Shown in pieces: positions 26,731 through 40,373 of a DNA stretch of 64,000 nucleotides. Source of the DNA: Pseudogymnoascus verrucosus (Eukaryota); assembly GCA_001662655.1 (NCBI GenBank), contig KV460273.1, one strand, 5' to 3'. The notes under the pieces were generated by a model. It worked only from the letters and a program-made list of their open reading frames with translations, searched no databases and had not been told where the DNA came from. Each line of letters begins with the position of its first letter. Positions within the stretch are counted from its first letter, which is position 1. A program made the position numbers and the translations under genes.

Positions 26731-27161
26731 TGTGGCGTGTGGGTGTTGTAAAGGTTGTGGAAGGTTGGGTGGGTGAAGATGGTGGAGGTGGGAAGGTGAG
26801 GGTGGTGAGGTGGATGATGGGGGAGGCGAGGCTGTGGGTGGGAAAGTTTGGGTTGGCGAGGCTGTGGGAGGTGGGTGGGTGATGCGCGCATTGGGGGTGT
26901 AAAAGTTAAATAGTTGGGGGAATTATTGGGATATAACATAACATATCACAGCAAGGCAACGAAGAATATACACGTCAAGGTATCCATAGAGATCATATAC
27001 ATCTCGCGCTCAAACCCTCATTTCGCTACAGTTCCATCAAGCCGCTGAAAACATCCGCTATTTCCCTTCCTTCATCACTACTTTTCTTCCCTCATATCCA
27101 GTCCAGCCCTGCCAGACCCCGACCGTATCATAGTCCTCCCCTGTATAAATTGCCCACTGGT

Positions 27162-27808
27162 TTACTTCCTCCTCTCAGCATTATCCAGCTTCTCCTCCAA
27201 CGTCTCGACGTAGGCGTGCACACGCTGGACTGCGGCTTGTAGGGACTATATCACCATCGCGTTAGCCACACATCCAATATCCAACCATCGCACTGCCTTT
27301 CCCTTCTCATCCTCTTATTCCTCCCGCAACAGAAGAACAGCTGGGGCTTGGGGTTGGGGAGACGTACATAAATATCCTCCGTCAACAACTCATTCGCAAC
27401 CCGATACTCCTCAAGGACGTAATAATACACCCCCGCGCCGGTCAAGGTGCTGCCGAGGAAGAATCCGAATAACCTATATCTCTCATTAGCCCCTCCTCTT
27501 CATCCTCTTCCCTCTTCTCCCATCCATCCCCATCCCCTCATATGCCCATACCCATCCTCCTCTCTATCCTTCTCATCCGCCAATCTTCCCCCCTCACACC
27601 GCCGAAACGCAAGGGCGCGCAAGTGAACCAACAGTAAAAGGAAAGAGACTCACCCCCCACGGAAAGCACCAACAGGCTTCCTCACAGGCAACACACTCCC
27701 CTCCTCCGCCCTCCTCGCCGTCGTCTGAAACGCGCGCGCGCACCTCGGCGCGACTGCTGTGTTTGCGACGCGGCGAAGCGCAGCGGGTGTGAAAGCGCGG
27801 GACGCCAT
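27162..27808 (-). CDS. Small conserved mitochondrial membrane protein (uncharacterised)
   Basis: Presequence-like MASRAFTPAALRR..., then RKPVGAFRGGLFGFFLGSTLTGAGVYYYVLEEYRVANELLTEDIY and a short coiled coil. Introns 27653-27474 and 27367-27246 restore the frame. Confidence 0.8.
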
Positions 27809-28566
27809 TTCGTTTCGTTTAGTTCGGGGTGTAAAAGTGGTCGCGCGACAGTTCTATTCGAGAGCTGAGATGGCCGGGTAATTGCAGTAGTAGTATGTAA
27901 GGCTGTATAAAATGTGTATTGGTAGTCCTCGGCGTAGGTACGAGCATTACTCGACGTAGGTAGGAGCTCTGAGACGTTTACTGGGGTTCGGCATGTGCGC
28001 TAGTGATGGGCGAGGAGGGTGGATGGTTGGTACTTGGTGGTACTTGGGCGTGGGGGGTGGGGGTCACACACACACACGACCTGGCGCTGAGGAAGGGGGG
28101 GGAGGTGCAGGCGAGGCTGGGGATGGGATGGGGGAGAGGCGGGAAGTCCGGATGGGGTGGGTGTGATTGAGGCGTGAAGAGGGTGAGGATGGGATGGGGG
28201 TGTTGTTTGGAGAGAAGCTGTTGGTGTGGTTTGGGTATTTCGTGTTAAGCTGGTGAGAGGATCTACGAGCACCCATCCATTCCTCTCATGCTCCAGGATA
28301 TAGTGTAGTATATAGTGTAGTATGCAACATAAATGTCTATTTTGCAATAGATCTCGATTCATCGAATCGTCATATGCTAATCGCCCTCAGCTGGCTAGAT
28401 AGATAGTATAATACACCCACAACATCTCACATTCACAAACCCCCCAAAAACGCCCGCATAAAAACACTTCAAACTGCCTCCCAACCATCCCAACGCTTCT
28501 CCAAACCCCAAAAACCATTACCATAGTAACCATCACCCATCAACCATCTCTCCATTTCCCAAGACC

Positions 28567-30762
28567 CTACGTCTCCATCGCCCCCGCCGCCGCCTGCTGC
28601 TCCGCCAACGCCTTCTCCGCCCTCTCCGCCCTCCTCGTCGCCTCCTCCACCTCCCCCCTCAGCGCCTTAATATACTCAATAGCATGCTCCACCGTGCTGG
28701 CCTTACTACTACTACTCTGCTGCTGATTCTTCCCCCCTCCTCCTTCCCCACCATCACCGTTTTCCGCATCACCGCTCCCGCTCCCCGCTGCCGCGCTGCC
28801 GGGTAACAGCGTCGCGATTTCTTGGAGGGCGGAGTTAATCCTATTCCTCCTCCCCTGCTCTGCGATCTTGTGACTCGTTCGCTTTGAGGTTAGGTTTGTT
28901 GATAACTCTGTTGGGTACGAGACACCGGGGAGGTGGGTTCCCTCGAGGATATTCTGGTAATTCGACTTCGTCGCCAACAGCAGCGAGGCGGTGTCATCGC
29001 TGATCGATGGCCCCCTCGTCATGGGCTTCAGACTGGGCGAGATGCGAGGGAGCAGCGCGGGGGAGGCGTGCACGGATGGTGGACGCGGTGCCGAGCCGCG
29101 GGCGGCGAGTTTGGGAGTTTTGCGGAGGGAAGGGGTGGATGTTGGGTTTGGTGTTGGGGGTTGAGGTTTTATTTGCGGGGAGGGCGTGGGGTTGTTGTTT
29201 GTAATCGTAGAAGTAGAAGAAGAAGTATCGCGGTCGTTAAGGGGTTTAAAAGACGGCGTGCGGGAGCCGGGATTGGGGAGGGAGGCAGCTGCGGCAACGT
29301 TATTTTCGAGCGTAGCAACCTTGGGTGGTTCGGCGTGCGGATTTGCAGCTTCGGGGAGGACGAAATCTTCCATTAGCTGGTCGTCGTCCTGCTCGGCGTG
29401 GACACTGAGGGAGGGAGAGGCCATGGTCTCCTTATTACGCGGGATGCGCATTAGGGATGCTGGGGTGGCGGGGGACATTGCCGCGGTGCCGGAGATGATT
29501 TGTTGCACGCGCGGATGGCTGTTTTGCGCCGTGAGGTAGGGGGATTTCCTGACGGAGTTGGAGGAGGGGAGGGGAGGGGGAGCCATGTCGGAGAGGTGCT
29601 CGGGGGAGATGGAGTTGTTCTCCGATGAGGAATCTCGTGGCTGCGGCTGCGAGGGGGAGTTCGTCGACGACCGCTTCGCTGCTAGGGCTGGCTCGACGAG
29701 CTCAGATAGCGTCTCAGCTGATATCGAGGTGCTTGTCATTTTCCTCCTCTGCGCCTTGACGACGGGGGACTGGCGGACTGCGCGCGGGGCTCGCGGCTTG
29801 GCGGGTTTCCGGCCCGCACCGATGGAGTGCTTGCGTCCTGGGCCTCCCGTGGAGTTGGCGGGAGGGGGGAGGAGATCGATGTTCATGTCTGAGGGGGAGG
29901 AGGCGGAGACCTCGGCGCGGGAGTACATGGAGCTGTACTCGGTGTGGGCGTGTAGTGCTGGGGAGGAGAGGGGGCTGAAGTAGGCACCTGGGATGGTGTA
30001 TTCTGGGAGGCTGAAGTGGGTTTCCAATGGGGTGACGGCGGGGGAAACGAGGGGTGTGAAGGCGAGCTTTTAGTTGAGTTAGTAATTTGTTCGGAGAGGG
30101 GTACTTCAAGTTCTTCGTACCTCCTGCTCCCTCAGGCGCATCTGATAAGAATCAAACATCGCCTGCTGCTGCGGATCGTGCTGTTGCTGGTACAGCTGCC
30201 TCTCACCACTGTGCATCTCAATGCTATTCGGCGTGGGCGGCACACCACGATTGTTGTGTGGGACATAGTAATTCTGGTGCTGCTCCTGGACAATGCGCTG
30301 CTGCTGCTGCTGGCGCTGCAACTGGAGATACTGGATCTGCGCATCGATCTCGACGAGGCTGCTATCCGGCGCCGCGGCGTTCTGCGTGATGACGGGCGAG
30401 GGCTGGGTCATCGCTGACATGGCCGCACTCGTCGTAATCGGCATGTGGTTCTGCATCATCCCGTGCTTCTGGAGATCCATCATCGCGGCCTCATTCCCCA
30501 TTGCCGAGCCCATCGCATCAACGCCCCTCTGTCTCATAATCTGCGCATGCTGCTGCTGCTGCTGCTGCTGCTGTTGTTGCGGCTGTTGTTGTTGTTGTTG
30601 CTGTTGCTGATTCTGCTGTTGCTGCGGGGCATAGTCCTGGAAATTAAACCCCACCTCGTCGCCCATGCCATTGATCCCCAAATCGAGAAACTGAAAGTCA
30701 TCCTGCGAAGCTGCCGACAGCGTCGGATCACTACTCTCCCACGACGTCGTCGTGTCCATCAT
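28567..30762 (-). CDS. PHO4: bHLH phosphate-acquisition regulator Pho4/NUC-1/PalcA
   Basis: SKRTSHKIAEQGRRNRINSALQEI...SKASTVEHAIEYI bHLH; FTPLVSPAVTP and FSPLSSPAL S/T-P motifs; polyQ tracts. Intron 30120-30067 with an AAG acceptor. Confidence 0.85.
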
Positions 30763-31364
30763 CGCGGCGTCGAGTGTGGTGGTTGTGGTTTGGGCGGGTG
30801 CTCGGCGTGCGTGGGGGGTGGGGGGGCGGTCGGTGGCCGTCGCAGCGCCGCGAGCGAAGACCCTTATCGAGCGGCGGTTGTAGTGATGGGCGCAGCCTCT
30901 CGTGTCGACTCGGCTGCGATTTTTTTTTTCTCTTCGGGGAGCGGCGACGTTAAGATGGGATTGCGGCGGTGGGTTATGGCGACGGAGACGGGTGAGATGG
31001 AGATGCAAAGCTTTTGACAGAGGGCTCTGCTCGGAGGAGAAGCGGCGGGCTAAGGGTGTCCACCCTAGAGACTATGGTTGGAAGTGGTAGAGTGTGGAAT
31101 ATGTGGGAATAGAGAGAAGTGACTTACTCGAGGCGATATTCGGGGGTGTATCTGCAAGTCACTTTTGACTAACCCCACATCTTTCCATTGCTACATTGCC
31201 ACTTGGGATTTTCGTTATGCAGCAGCGTCGAGTATTATCCCAGCTAGGATGATTAGTAGTTTAGTGGTGTTGGTTCCAGGGTTTAATTGTTCCGACACAG
31301 TTTGTTTCCAGTGGCTTCAGATGAGGGATGGGATGTTTGATGGTTAGGGTTGGGGATTAGAGGA

Positions 31365-31430
31365 GTATAGAGATAGAGACGAGTATAGAGTAGAGACGAG
31401 TATAGAGTAGAGACGAGTATAGATAGAGAT
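31365..31430. repeat. 17-bp tandem repeat (AGTATAGAGTAGAGACG)x3
   Basis: Read directly; lies upstream of the Pho4-like gene. Confidence 0.75.
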
Positions 31431-34024
31431 AGAGAGGAGTATTAGTATAAGTATAGAAATGCCGACTGCCTCAAAGTACGCCTTATAGATAGATAATATA
31501 AAGCGAATAACCCTTCTGAGTAACCCGTTATCCCCGTCGTTACCATTCACGTCCATGTTCTGTATCTCCCTCTCTGTCTCTACCAGTCAGTATCCCAGTT
31601 CCTTCCCTCCCATCCCTCCCAGCCGCCCTCCCCCCTCCTCCTCTAATTCTCTTCCGTCGGAGTGATCGACTACCGAGAATTCCTAATCTACGCACATACA
31701 TCCTAGAAGCAGTACAAAGGTATCGGGTGCAGCAGCCGCGTCTTGCCCTTGTACTTTTCTTATATAAGAGGAAATGCCCCATGGCATGGGCAGTCTAGGA
31801 ATTTGGGGGTCACCTCTACCGTACTACTAAACTGAAAAATCTACAGCAACTCCCACCCACTCACCCACCACCCACCTACCACAGTCCCCGAATCCCCCCG
31901 TCGGCTTCCCCCCATCCCCCCCTCCTACCATCCCACGTAACCCCCCCAAAAAACTAAAAAATACACCTACTATAATTAACTAACCCCCTCCCATCCCCCA
32001 TCCCCCTCGCCGACAAAACTAATAACTAAGCCGAAATCCCCAAACCATCAAAAACCAACCCCATGATATGCACAACATCATCATCGTCCCCAAAAAGCAC
32101 AGAAACCCCAACTAATTCATCTCAAAAAAGCAAATAAACAAGCACCCCCCTACCAGCGCCCAACAAGCCTTGCCCCCTTCCTAGGCACTTAGGCCTTCCT
32201 CGGCCCTTCCAGAAACCTGCCACTAGAAGCGAGTTATTGGCTTTTAGGGGGTCCCGCATGCCGCTACAGGTAGCTGTGGGACAGGGTTGGACCCGAACCC
32301 CGATGATGGTCCTTTTTTTTTGCCTTGGCCTCTCACAGCTCTCATACGGGTGGCAGAGGGGAACGGGACTTTTGTGCCTTGGCCTGTCGCGGGCGGCGGC
32401 GTATAGCACTTTTTAGTAGATGAGCAAAGCTGAACTTGCACTTCCTTCAGTACTTCCATGACGATTCTTCAACTTAAACAAAACTTTTGCCCCCATCATC
32501 CCATCCCAGCACTGCAAGGTCCTACAAGGTCCTACTGCACTCCCCAAACACTCCACCGCCTTAGCTGCACCCTCACACCCTCACCACCTCACCGGCCTTG
32601 CCGGGTCCCCGACTTCCCCGCCTCTATAATTCCTTTACCCATTCCCGTTACGTTGCTTGCAGCAACCAGGAGCCTTCTCTGCATCGGCCAGCAGCCAGCC
32701 ACCCCCAGTGGCAGCCACCCCCAACACCACCAGTAGTAGTACTAGAACCCAGGTAGCCACCCCCAACACCAGCACCACCCCTAGCAGCGGCTAGATGTGT
32801 GTGGCAACAAGGCCCCAACAAGGCTACGTACGAGGCGGCCCATCCAGCCTGGTCGGGGCGGTCTGGTGGGCGTTCACATGCACATCTAATATCAGACTAG
32901 GGTCCCTATCTCCCTCCCTGTCTGTAACTAGGTTGTCAGCTGGGGCGGGCTTCCATCCATTCTAGAAGGTTGAAGATGTCATCCCCATCCCCATCTCATC
33001 TCATCTCATCTGCATCTGCATGTCAATTTCCCTGCACGGCTGGGCCGGGCGGGGGCATTCGTAGTGAGCGAGCGAGCGGGAGGGAAGGGAGGGGAGGCGA
33101 TAGTGGGGGGGGATGCAGGTACAGGTGAAGATCTCTTTGGTCTTCGGAGGTACAGGGAAGAAGGGGATAGGATAGGACAGAGAGAGAGAGGGAAGTCACG
33201 ATGAGGCAATTCGGTGTTGGGTTGGGTTGGGTTTGTTGGAAATATGTCTCTTTCTCTTCCGCCTCCATTACGGATCCACCGTAGTTTAACAAGGTATGTA
33301 AGTGTAGGCTACAGTAATCTCTTCCTATCTACTATCCAGCGCCTACATCCATCTCACACATCTCTCCTCTCCCATCACCACTGCCTTCCCCTTCTCTCCC
33401 CCTTCTCTCTCCCATCCATAGATTCTGGTATGCCCTGGACCCAAGCATCTGGTATTCGCCCCCCTCCCCCCGGTATCTGCAAACAAAAAAAAGCGGTAGC
33501 CAAGTAACAAGAAAAAAAAAGAACAGAACAACACAGTTGTCAGATCAGCCAGTCAGGTAGTTGTTAAAAAAAAACACTCCCAATGATACCCCATACAAAT
33601 CATATCCATCATAAACTCCATAACATCCAAAACAAAAAAACGATTGTAAGACGCCTGCCTTATCTCAACTCGAAGAAAAAAATTATCCCCTGGATACAGA
33701 TCCGCTCTCAAGTCTGCTCGCTCGCTCGCTTGCTAGAGTACGATGCGCCGTAAAATTATGATATCGAAAACCGTGCGCGCGCGCTCCGACATGCTGCAAA
33801 AAAATGTGGGCGCTCAAAATGTGTGTGTGTGTGTGTGCTCGTGAGGTAAAAGTGTCGGTCTAAAGTTGCTTTTTATTCTCCTTTCCCCCCCAAAAAAAAC
33901 CGGTTCGACAAGAGAGAGTGTGTGGGCGTTAGTGAGTGAATAAGTGAGTGAGTGGTTTATCCGGCGGCAGCGGCGGTGAGGGCGATAATGGCCGTAGGGG
34001 TGACAGTGACATTTGTCTGCCTCC

Positions 34025-36214
34025 TCAATGCCTAGTATCCCCCAAATTCAACCAACTCATATCCGTCGACTGCTGATTCGGCCCCTGATGCCCACTCCTC
34101 CCCTCCACCATCGTCGCGCGCGGCGTCCCATATTGACTCTCCGTATACGCGCTACTAGCCACGCGCTCCCCCTGGTTCCACCCACTCTCCCCGCCGAACG
34201 GCGTCCACGTCTGATGCTCCTCATTAATACTCGACGCGACTCCCGGATACGCGTCCCTCAGATCGCCATAGCTCGACACGCTACTAACAGCAGAGTGCGG
34301 CCGCTCAATCTTGCCCGACATCCCCTGCTCCAAGGGTGAATTCCTCGGCTGATGCGCGATCGTCGGACTCCCCGAAGCCACCTGGCTAAGGCGCCCCTTC
34401 TGGGACCCAAAGTTCAGCGGGGGCACCATAGCGGACTGCTGGGTTCCGCGCGTGGGGTGCGCGGTCTCGGAGTACATGGAGTCCTGGTCGGATTGGGAGC
34501 CGTAAGTGCTGGCCCCTTTGTTTCCGAAGCCGAGGACGTTGAGGGCGCTGCCGCCGGACCAGTAGCGGTTCCAGCCTGAGCTGCGGCGGGTACTTCCTTG
34601 GCGGTTCACGCCGCTTCCGCGGGGTCGGGGTGTTGGTCCGGCGTTGGAGCCGCCAACGACTGGGGGACGTTCGGTTCGTGCGTAGGTTTCGGGTACTGCG
34701 CGAGCCTGGGGGATGGGCTTGCTGATCGTGTTTTTGTAGTTCTTGTTGAAGTTGCTGCTGGCGTTGCTGCTGTTGCTGCCGCCTCTTCTGCCGAGAGCCG
34801 GTTGCTGTGTCGAGCTAACCTTCCCCATCAAGATGGCCATTGACGAGAATGAGGCCGTTGAGGTTTGGGGAGCATGTCCCTGGTAGCGTTTAGTAGGGTC
34901 GAAGCGTATTCCACGGTCTGCAAAGTCCATTGGGTCTTTCTCGTCAGGGATGCCACTTGCTCTCCGTTGGTGGCCAGCTTCGGCGAACACGCGCTGCTTG
35001 CGCCTCCTCCTGATGCAGAAGAAGATAGCTAGCACTATCAGAACAAATCCTGCAACAGAGCCGATGATAATCCCCAGAAGCCTGCGACTGAGTTGCGACG
35101 AGGCTTCTGCGGCTACTGCAGCTGTTGAAGAAGCTGCTGGAGCTTCTGTGGAAACTGAAGTGGGTGTGTTGGTAATTCCGATCGGAACCTGTGCCTTGGA
35201 TAAAAGCAAAGTCGCATTTACCCACGAATTCTCCCTTGCCTTGAACATGCACAACACATCCTCCTCATTACCCCCGGATATGACAATGCGATCGTCTGCA
35301 TCTTGTGCGATGGAGTACTTTGTGCGTGTGGCTTTCGGGGCAAGTGATGAGTTATATGGCGGCCAGTCTGTGGCTGTAAGGGTAGCTCTCTCAGTGATAT
35401 CGCGAACTTCGTTGGAACTCCTTGATTTGACGGCTTTGACATTGGTCATAGGGTTTCCATTCTGATCAACCAGTAGCATTCGGTTCACCGAATTGGGTGA
35501 CACGGTCATATCGAACGTATATAGACTTTTGCTTTTATCATCGCCGTCGACAATGGCAGCCTTTACGCTCCCATCAGTCTTCAACGGGGCGTCTAGTGTA
35601 ATTTTAGAGTCCTCCCATGCTAACAACGGGTCGGTGGTTTGCTTGAACAGCATAACTCTCGTGTTAGAGTCGCTTCCTCCAAGGACGGCAGCTTGGCTAT
35701 CGGACCAGGTAAGTAGCATGGGCTCAATACTTGGTGGGGCAAACGATGGGAACGACCGGACTTCATACGGCGCCATGGTTGAGATGGTGAATGATTCCGA
35801 ACTAGGTTGCTTCGTGCCATCTTGATTCCCGGAGAATATGAATATCGAGGACGAAGCATTGAGGTAGATGGCGTTGTGGTATAGGCGGTTCTGTGTTACT
35901 GCCGATGAGAGCGAGATAGACTCCCAGGTGCTATCTTCGAAAGAATATCTTTGGAGGCCTTGATAACTTGTCTCCGATGCATTTGCGCTTCCTCCGACGA
36001 TATATAGGGCCGCTGGGGACGACGCATTATGTGAAGTGGTTTGCACGCAGACTCCTCCGGTAACAGAGACGCCTCCTGGCAATTGCTCCCATGAGGCTCC
36101 CTTATCTAATGGTAATGCTTGGAATGCGTCGGCGGAATAGGAGTAAAGGGTGTTGTTGTAGATAGTGGAGCAGCCACCGAGCGGAACTGCTGGGACGGGA
36201 AGTGACATCGACAT
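34025..36214 (-). CDS. Single-pass membrane protein with kelch/galactose-oxidase-like N-terminal region
   Basis: 729-aa ORF with GG-containing blade-like repeats, TM helix LLGIIIGSVAGFVLIVLAIFFCI followed by RRRRK, and an S-rich tail ending MSWLNL. Confidence 0.75.
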   Translation of the reverse strand: MSMSLPVPAVPLGGCSTIYNNTLYSYSADAFQALPLDKGASWEQLPGGVSVTGGVCVQTTSHNASSPAALYIVGGSANASETSYQGLQRYSFEDSTWESISLSSAVTQNRLYHNAIYLNASSSIFIFSGNQDGTKQPSSESFTISTMAPYEVRSFPSFAPPSIEPMLLTWSDSQAAVLGGSDSNTRVMLFKQTTDPLLAWEDSKITLDAPLKTDGSVKAAIVDGDDKSKSLYTFDMTVSPNSVNRMLLVDQNGNPMTNVKAVKSRSSNEVRDITERATLTATDWPPYNSSLAPKATRTKYSIAQDADDRIVISGGNEEDVLCMFKARENSWVNATLLLSKAQVPIGITNTPTSVSTEAPAASSTAAVAAEASSQLSRRLLGIIIGSVAGFVLIVLAIFFCIRRRRKQRVFAEAGHQRRASGIPDEKDPMDFADRGIRFDPTKRYQGHAPQTSTASFSSMAILMGKVSSTQQPALGRRGGSNSSNASSNFNKNYKNTISKPIPQARAVPETYARTERPPVVGGSNAGPTPRPRGSGVNRQGSTRRSSGWNRYWSGGSALNVLGFGNKGASTYGSQSDQDSMYSETAHPTRGTQQSAMVPPLNFGSQKGRLSQVASGSPTIAHQPRNSPLEQGMSGKIERPHSAVSSVSSYGDLRDAYPGVASSINEEHQTWTPFGGESGWNQGERVASSAYTESQYGTPRATMVEGRSGHQGPNQQSTDMSWLNLGDTRH

Positions 36215-39041
36215 CGTGTATCGATGAGAGGGTGTATAATCTCAGCTGAGATATCCCGCAAAGTAATAAAATCGGGAGTCGTGTATATCTATTGGAACAT
36301 GGCTTTGGCAATTTGGCAACTTCGCAGGATAGTCGTGTAAAATGTCGTCCTGTATCCGAGTAAGGGAGGTCGTTCTGGGTGGAGAGGGTTCGATGTTTGC
36401 TCCGGGAGATGAGAGTTCGAAAAATCGGATCCCCAGGTCGTCGATCAGTATGTTCGTGCCACTTGAGGGGAGGCGGCAAACAATAAAGAGGCTGGCTTCG
36501 GAGTCGAGTGTTTGAAGCGGGAGCGAGGGCTTGTTTCCAGTTGATTCAGCGAAGCAGAACACACGGCCGAAACAATCTATGTCTTCACCTGCAGCACGAC
36601 TCGGCGTTGTCTTCGAGCGAAACGTCGTTTAGAAACCGGAGGACGACGAGCTGAACGGTCAGAGGATCGGGAAGGGTCGTTCCAATTTACCCGACGTCGC
36701 GGAAACAGAGGGGGATGTCGATGGGCGAGGATGGAGGACCGAGTGAGGAGGGTGATACAGGTTCTCGAGATGGTCGTGTAAAGTTGTTTCGGCAGGAGCA
36801 CTATTACCCAGGATCTGGGGATCGACTTATTTCACAAAACAGGTGGGCCGCCTCCACCGAAACAGCGGGCGCGTGTGAGCGGGTACGAGGAGGAGGAGTG
36901 AGAGACGTTGGGTTGGGGTTTCTGTCCGTGACCCTCGCTAAGTCTCACGGAGCAAACGCTGGGAGTAGTTTCGAAACCGAGCAGTGCTATGAATATCGCT
37001 GGTGGCACAGTTTGATGCTATAACGGGAGAGTTGATCAGAGACACAGGAGGTATGAAGTTATCGTGAGAGAGTTGACGGGAGACGATGAGGCCGATGAGC
37101 AGGTCCGTTCATGCCATGGCGGACAGAAGTGACCTTTGTGAGTGAGCCCTTTTTCCCTTAGCTCAAGCAGCGTGAGCTTTGAATTGATACCAGTAGTAGC
37201 GCAGGCGGGAAGAGACCCTTCTCGAGCAGGTACCTCAGCGGTATACGAGGATAGCACGACACGACTGGGTAACTCGGCCTCCTCGACTGCGCGCACTGTT
37301 GAGCACAAGACTCGTACTTCTCACCAATAACGCTGGTATACTGGTACAAGACGAGTACCCTTAACAGTCCTGGCATATAACATTTTGCCTGAGCGGTAAA
37401 AGTGGCAGCAGGAATCACCAGAAATCAGCCAGGAAACACCACAAACCGCCAGAAATCACCAAAGCACGACAGGATTGGGAAAGAGAGGAGCATATCTGTA
37501 ACGACACTAGCAGGCCACGGACCCTGCTAGTCAGGGGCTGATGCTGGGAAAAGAGGTGCGATGGCTGGTAAGGACTGGGATGGGCCGCCCGACATCACAA
37601 ACTGTGGGAGCGTTGTGGGTTGTGGGACCGGCGTGGGACAGCGGGACCCGTGGAGACGGACTGTGAGTGGATGGGAAAGAGGGGATGGTACATCCACTTG
37701 TATGTGTCCACCCGCATATGACGAAGTACCATCTCCACTATCCCCAACCCTGGCAAAGTACCACTTGTGGTCACATCGCGACAGGAACGCGACAGGAACA
37801 CGAAAATGCAGTCATGGAGACTGTGCGGTATAACGCTCCTTACAGTGCTACCACACAAGAGTACTCCTCCTTCCACACAGGCAAACAGCACCACTCAGCT
37901 TCCTCTTGGCCCTCCCATCAGGGCTTCGTTTCCCCAGGTCCCTATCCAGTCTTCCCCAGTCCCTTGCGCTCCCATTCGTTGTGTCTTTGGCGCGGACCTT
38001 CTCTGGTCGCCCTTATCACTGTGTCATTGGCCATAATGGGTGATAGAGGGGCTGAGTGAGGGGACAGAAGACGCGCGACCGAGCGAGGAGTCGAGTCCCG
38101 GCAATGTACTGTTTGCTGACCAGCCGGTGCTGTGCTGTACGTGCTGCTTGGGTTACACCTGCTGCACGACTGTGCATATGGTAGTATTTGAGCTGTCTCT
38201 TGTCTCTTGCCCCTCACAGCATTCTCGCTCAGCCACATCTACCTCGGATAGTTTGAGGGCGGGAGGAGATAGAGTAAGGGATCTCACGACCTTGTTGCGC
38301 CGCGTTATGGTGACGACGTCCAACGAAGGCATAAAGCATGACGAAGTCCAACAAACTCTGAGTGTCGTGTAGAGTGAAGTGGAGCGAGCACCTATTCTCA
38401 TCACCAACAGATCAGACATGCTAACATACTCTCGGGTATTGGGGACTGCCTATACTATACCTGCATCCAGTGACCCGCTACCTATCGGCCACGACGTGCG
38501 GCCACCTCATCATGCACAGCTTGTGAACGCACCTACTCAATTGATCCTTCCGCTCCCTCAGGAATCAGCCCCCATCGCAGCCGCCCATCCTTCTCGACTC
38601 CATCCCGCTGATCTAAATAAAGATGGAGGTTTCGTTTTGCCGCTGACAATCTTATCGCTGGCGCGTATCTTCGGTGGGCGCGTATCATTACTCTATCACT
38701 TTCTAGCTTCGTTTCGCGGCGCTTAAACTATGTGGTCACGTGCATGTCAAAGTTTGGGTCGTGGGGAAATAGGCGGCTATTGTTGACAAGGGCCTATCTT
38801 AGTCCGGCGACATCATTCGAGATAATTGTCGTCATCGATTATGAAAGATGAAGAAAGCTAAACGTCAGCCTATTATTTTAGCTTCATACCACGAGTAAGA
38901 ACAACTGTTCTCTCGTCTGACCGGTGCCTAGTCTACCTGTATCCGGCCCTGGATTGGCTCAGAAAGGTCAAACAGCTGTCAGGCCATCCGAGGATTCCGA
39001 GCGAGTATTCACCTACTGTATCACATTTCCACTCCACCGTG

Positions 39042-40373
39042 ATGGCCTCACGATATAGCCCCCCGACCCCTCCAAACACTCTCACTGCAACCCCCACCAT
39101 GCCAATGCTCAGTCCCATCCTCCTGAGCTGCCTCCTGGTAGCCAGTCTCTACATGATGTTCACCTGGCACAGCGCCGAGTCGGCGCTCTCCAACCCCTGG
39201 GTCCCGCCGCCCGAGATCGACCTCTTCGTGCAACGCATCAAGGGCAATGATTCCGAACTTGCATCGTACGCAAGCGCGCTAATTACCGCGACGCCGCTGC
39301 GTACAAGCGGCCGGCACATCCTCGATGCGGATGATAAACCCATCAAGCTCGCGTCGGTGAATTGGTACGGTGGCAGCGATGAGCTCTTCGTGCCCTCGGG
39401 GCTGGATATCCAGCACCGCTCTGCTATTGCGAGGACGATCAGGAAGTTGGGGTTTAATAGTGTGCGCCTGCCTTATTCAGACGAAATGGTTGTTACCAAT
39501 CCTCGCATACCCCCGGGATTGCTGGCCGCGAACCCCGACCTAGTCAACCTTCGCGCTTTGGACGTCTTCGAAGCTGTGATCAACGCCCTCACGGAAGAGG
39601 GGCTAGCGGTGGTGGTGAATAACCATATCACGCATGCGACGTGGTGCTGCGGCGCCAATCCGTGCGATGGGCTGTGGTACAACACGCACCTGCCGGCATC
39701 CGCATGTCGGATCCACCAGTCCGAGTCGGGGTGGGTGGACAACTGGGTCACGGTTATGGGACCGCATGTTGACAACCCCTTGGTCATCGCTGCGGATTTG
39801 AGGAATGAGGTTAGAGCGCTTTGGGGGACGATGAGTTGGGAGAGGTGGGCGAGGGCGGCGGAGAGGGCGGGGAATAGGTTGTTGGGCATGAGGAGCGATT
39901 GGTTGATTGTGGTGGGGGGGTTGGGCTCGCAAAATTTTCTGAATGAGGTGAGAGACAGGCCGGTTAAGCTGGTGGTGCCGGGGAGGGTGGTGTATTCGTC
40001 GCATGTGTATAGTTGGTCGGGGTGGGGGAGTCGGGATGGGCGGTATGCGAAGAGGCCGTATGCGTCGTTTGTCAAGTCGATGAGGGAGAATTGGGGGTAT
40101 CTGGTTGAGGGGAACATTGCGCCTGTGTGGGTTGGGGAGTTTGGGGCACCAGCTAAGCCGGGGGAGGGAGATGCGAGATACTGGGGCCACTTGATGAGGT
40201 ATTTGAAGAAGATTGATGCGGATTTTGCGTATTGGGCTATTAATCCCAGGAAACCAAGAGATGACGATGAGGAGACGTATTCGTTGGTGGAGGATGATTG
40301 GGAGACGCCGGTGTTGGACTACAGGATGAAAGATATGCTGGAGCTGATGGAGAAAAAGCATAAGAAAATGTGA
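39042..40373 (+). CDS. Glycoside hydrolase family 5
   Basis: SVNWYG, FNSVRLP, NNH, acid/base DLRNEVR, nucleophile WVGEFG, YWAIN; N-terminal hydrophobic anchor. Confidence 0.9.
   Translation: MASRYSPPTPPNTLTATPTMPMLSPILLSCLLVASLYMMFTWHSAESALSNPWVPPPEIDLFVQRIKGNDSELASYASALITATPLRTSGRHILDADDKPIKLASVNWYGGSDELFVPSGLDIQHRSAIARTIRKLGFNSVRLPYSDEMVVTNPRIPPGLLAANPDLVNLRALDVFEAVINALTEEGLAVVVNNHITHATWCCGANPCDGLWYNTHLPASACRIHQSESGWVDNWVTVMGPHVDNPLVIAADLRNEVRALWGTMSWERWARAAERAGNRLLGMRSDWLIVVGGLGSQNFLNEVRDRPVKLVVPGRVVYSSHVYSWSGWGSRDGRYAKRPYASFVKSMRENWGYLVEGNIAPVWVGEFGAPAKPGEGDARYWGHLMRYLKKIDADFAYWAINPRKPRDDDEETYSLVEDDWETPVLDYRMKDMLELMEKKHKKM

Noticed and set aside
30763..31008. 82-codon in-frame upstream extension of the Pho4-like gene
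   Set aside because: It begins at TTG, contains no ATG and looks low-complexity; there is no evidence for non-AUG initiation.
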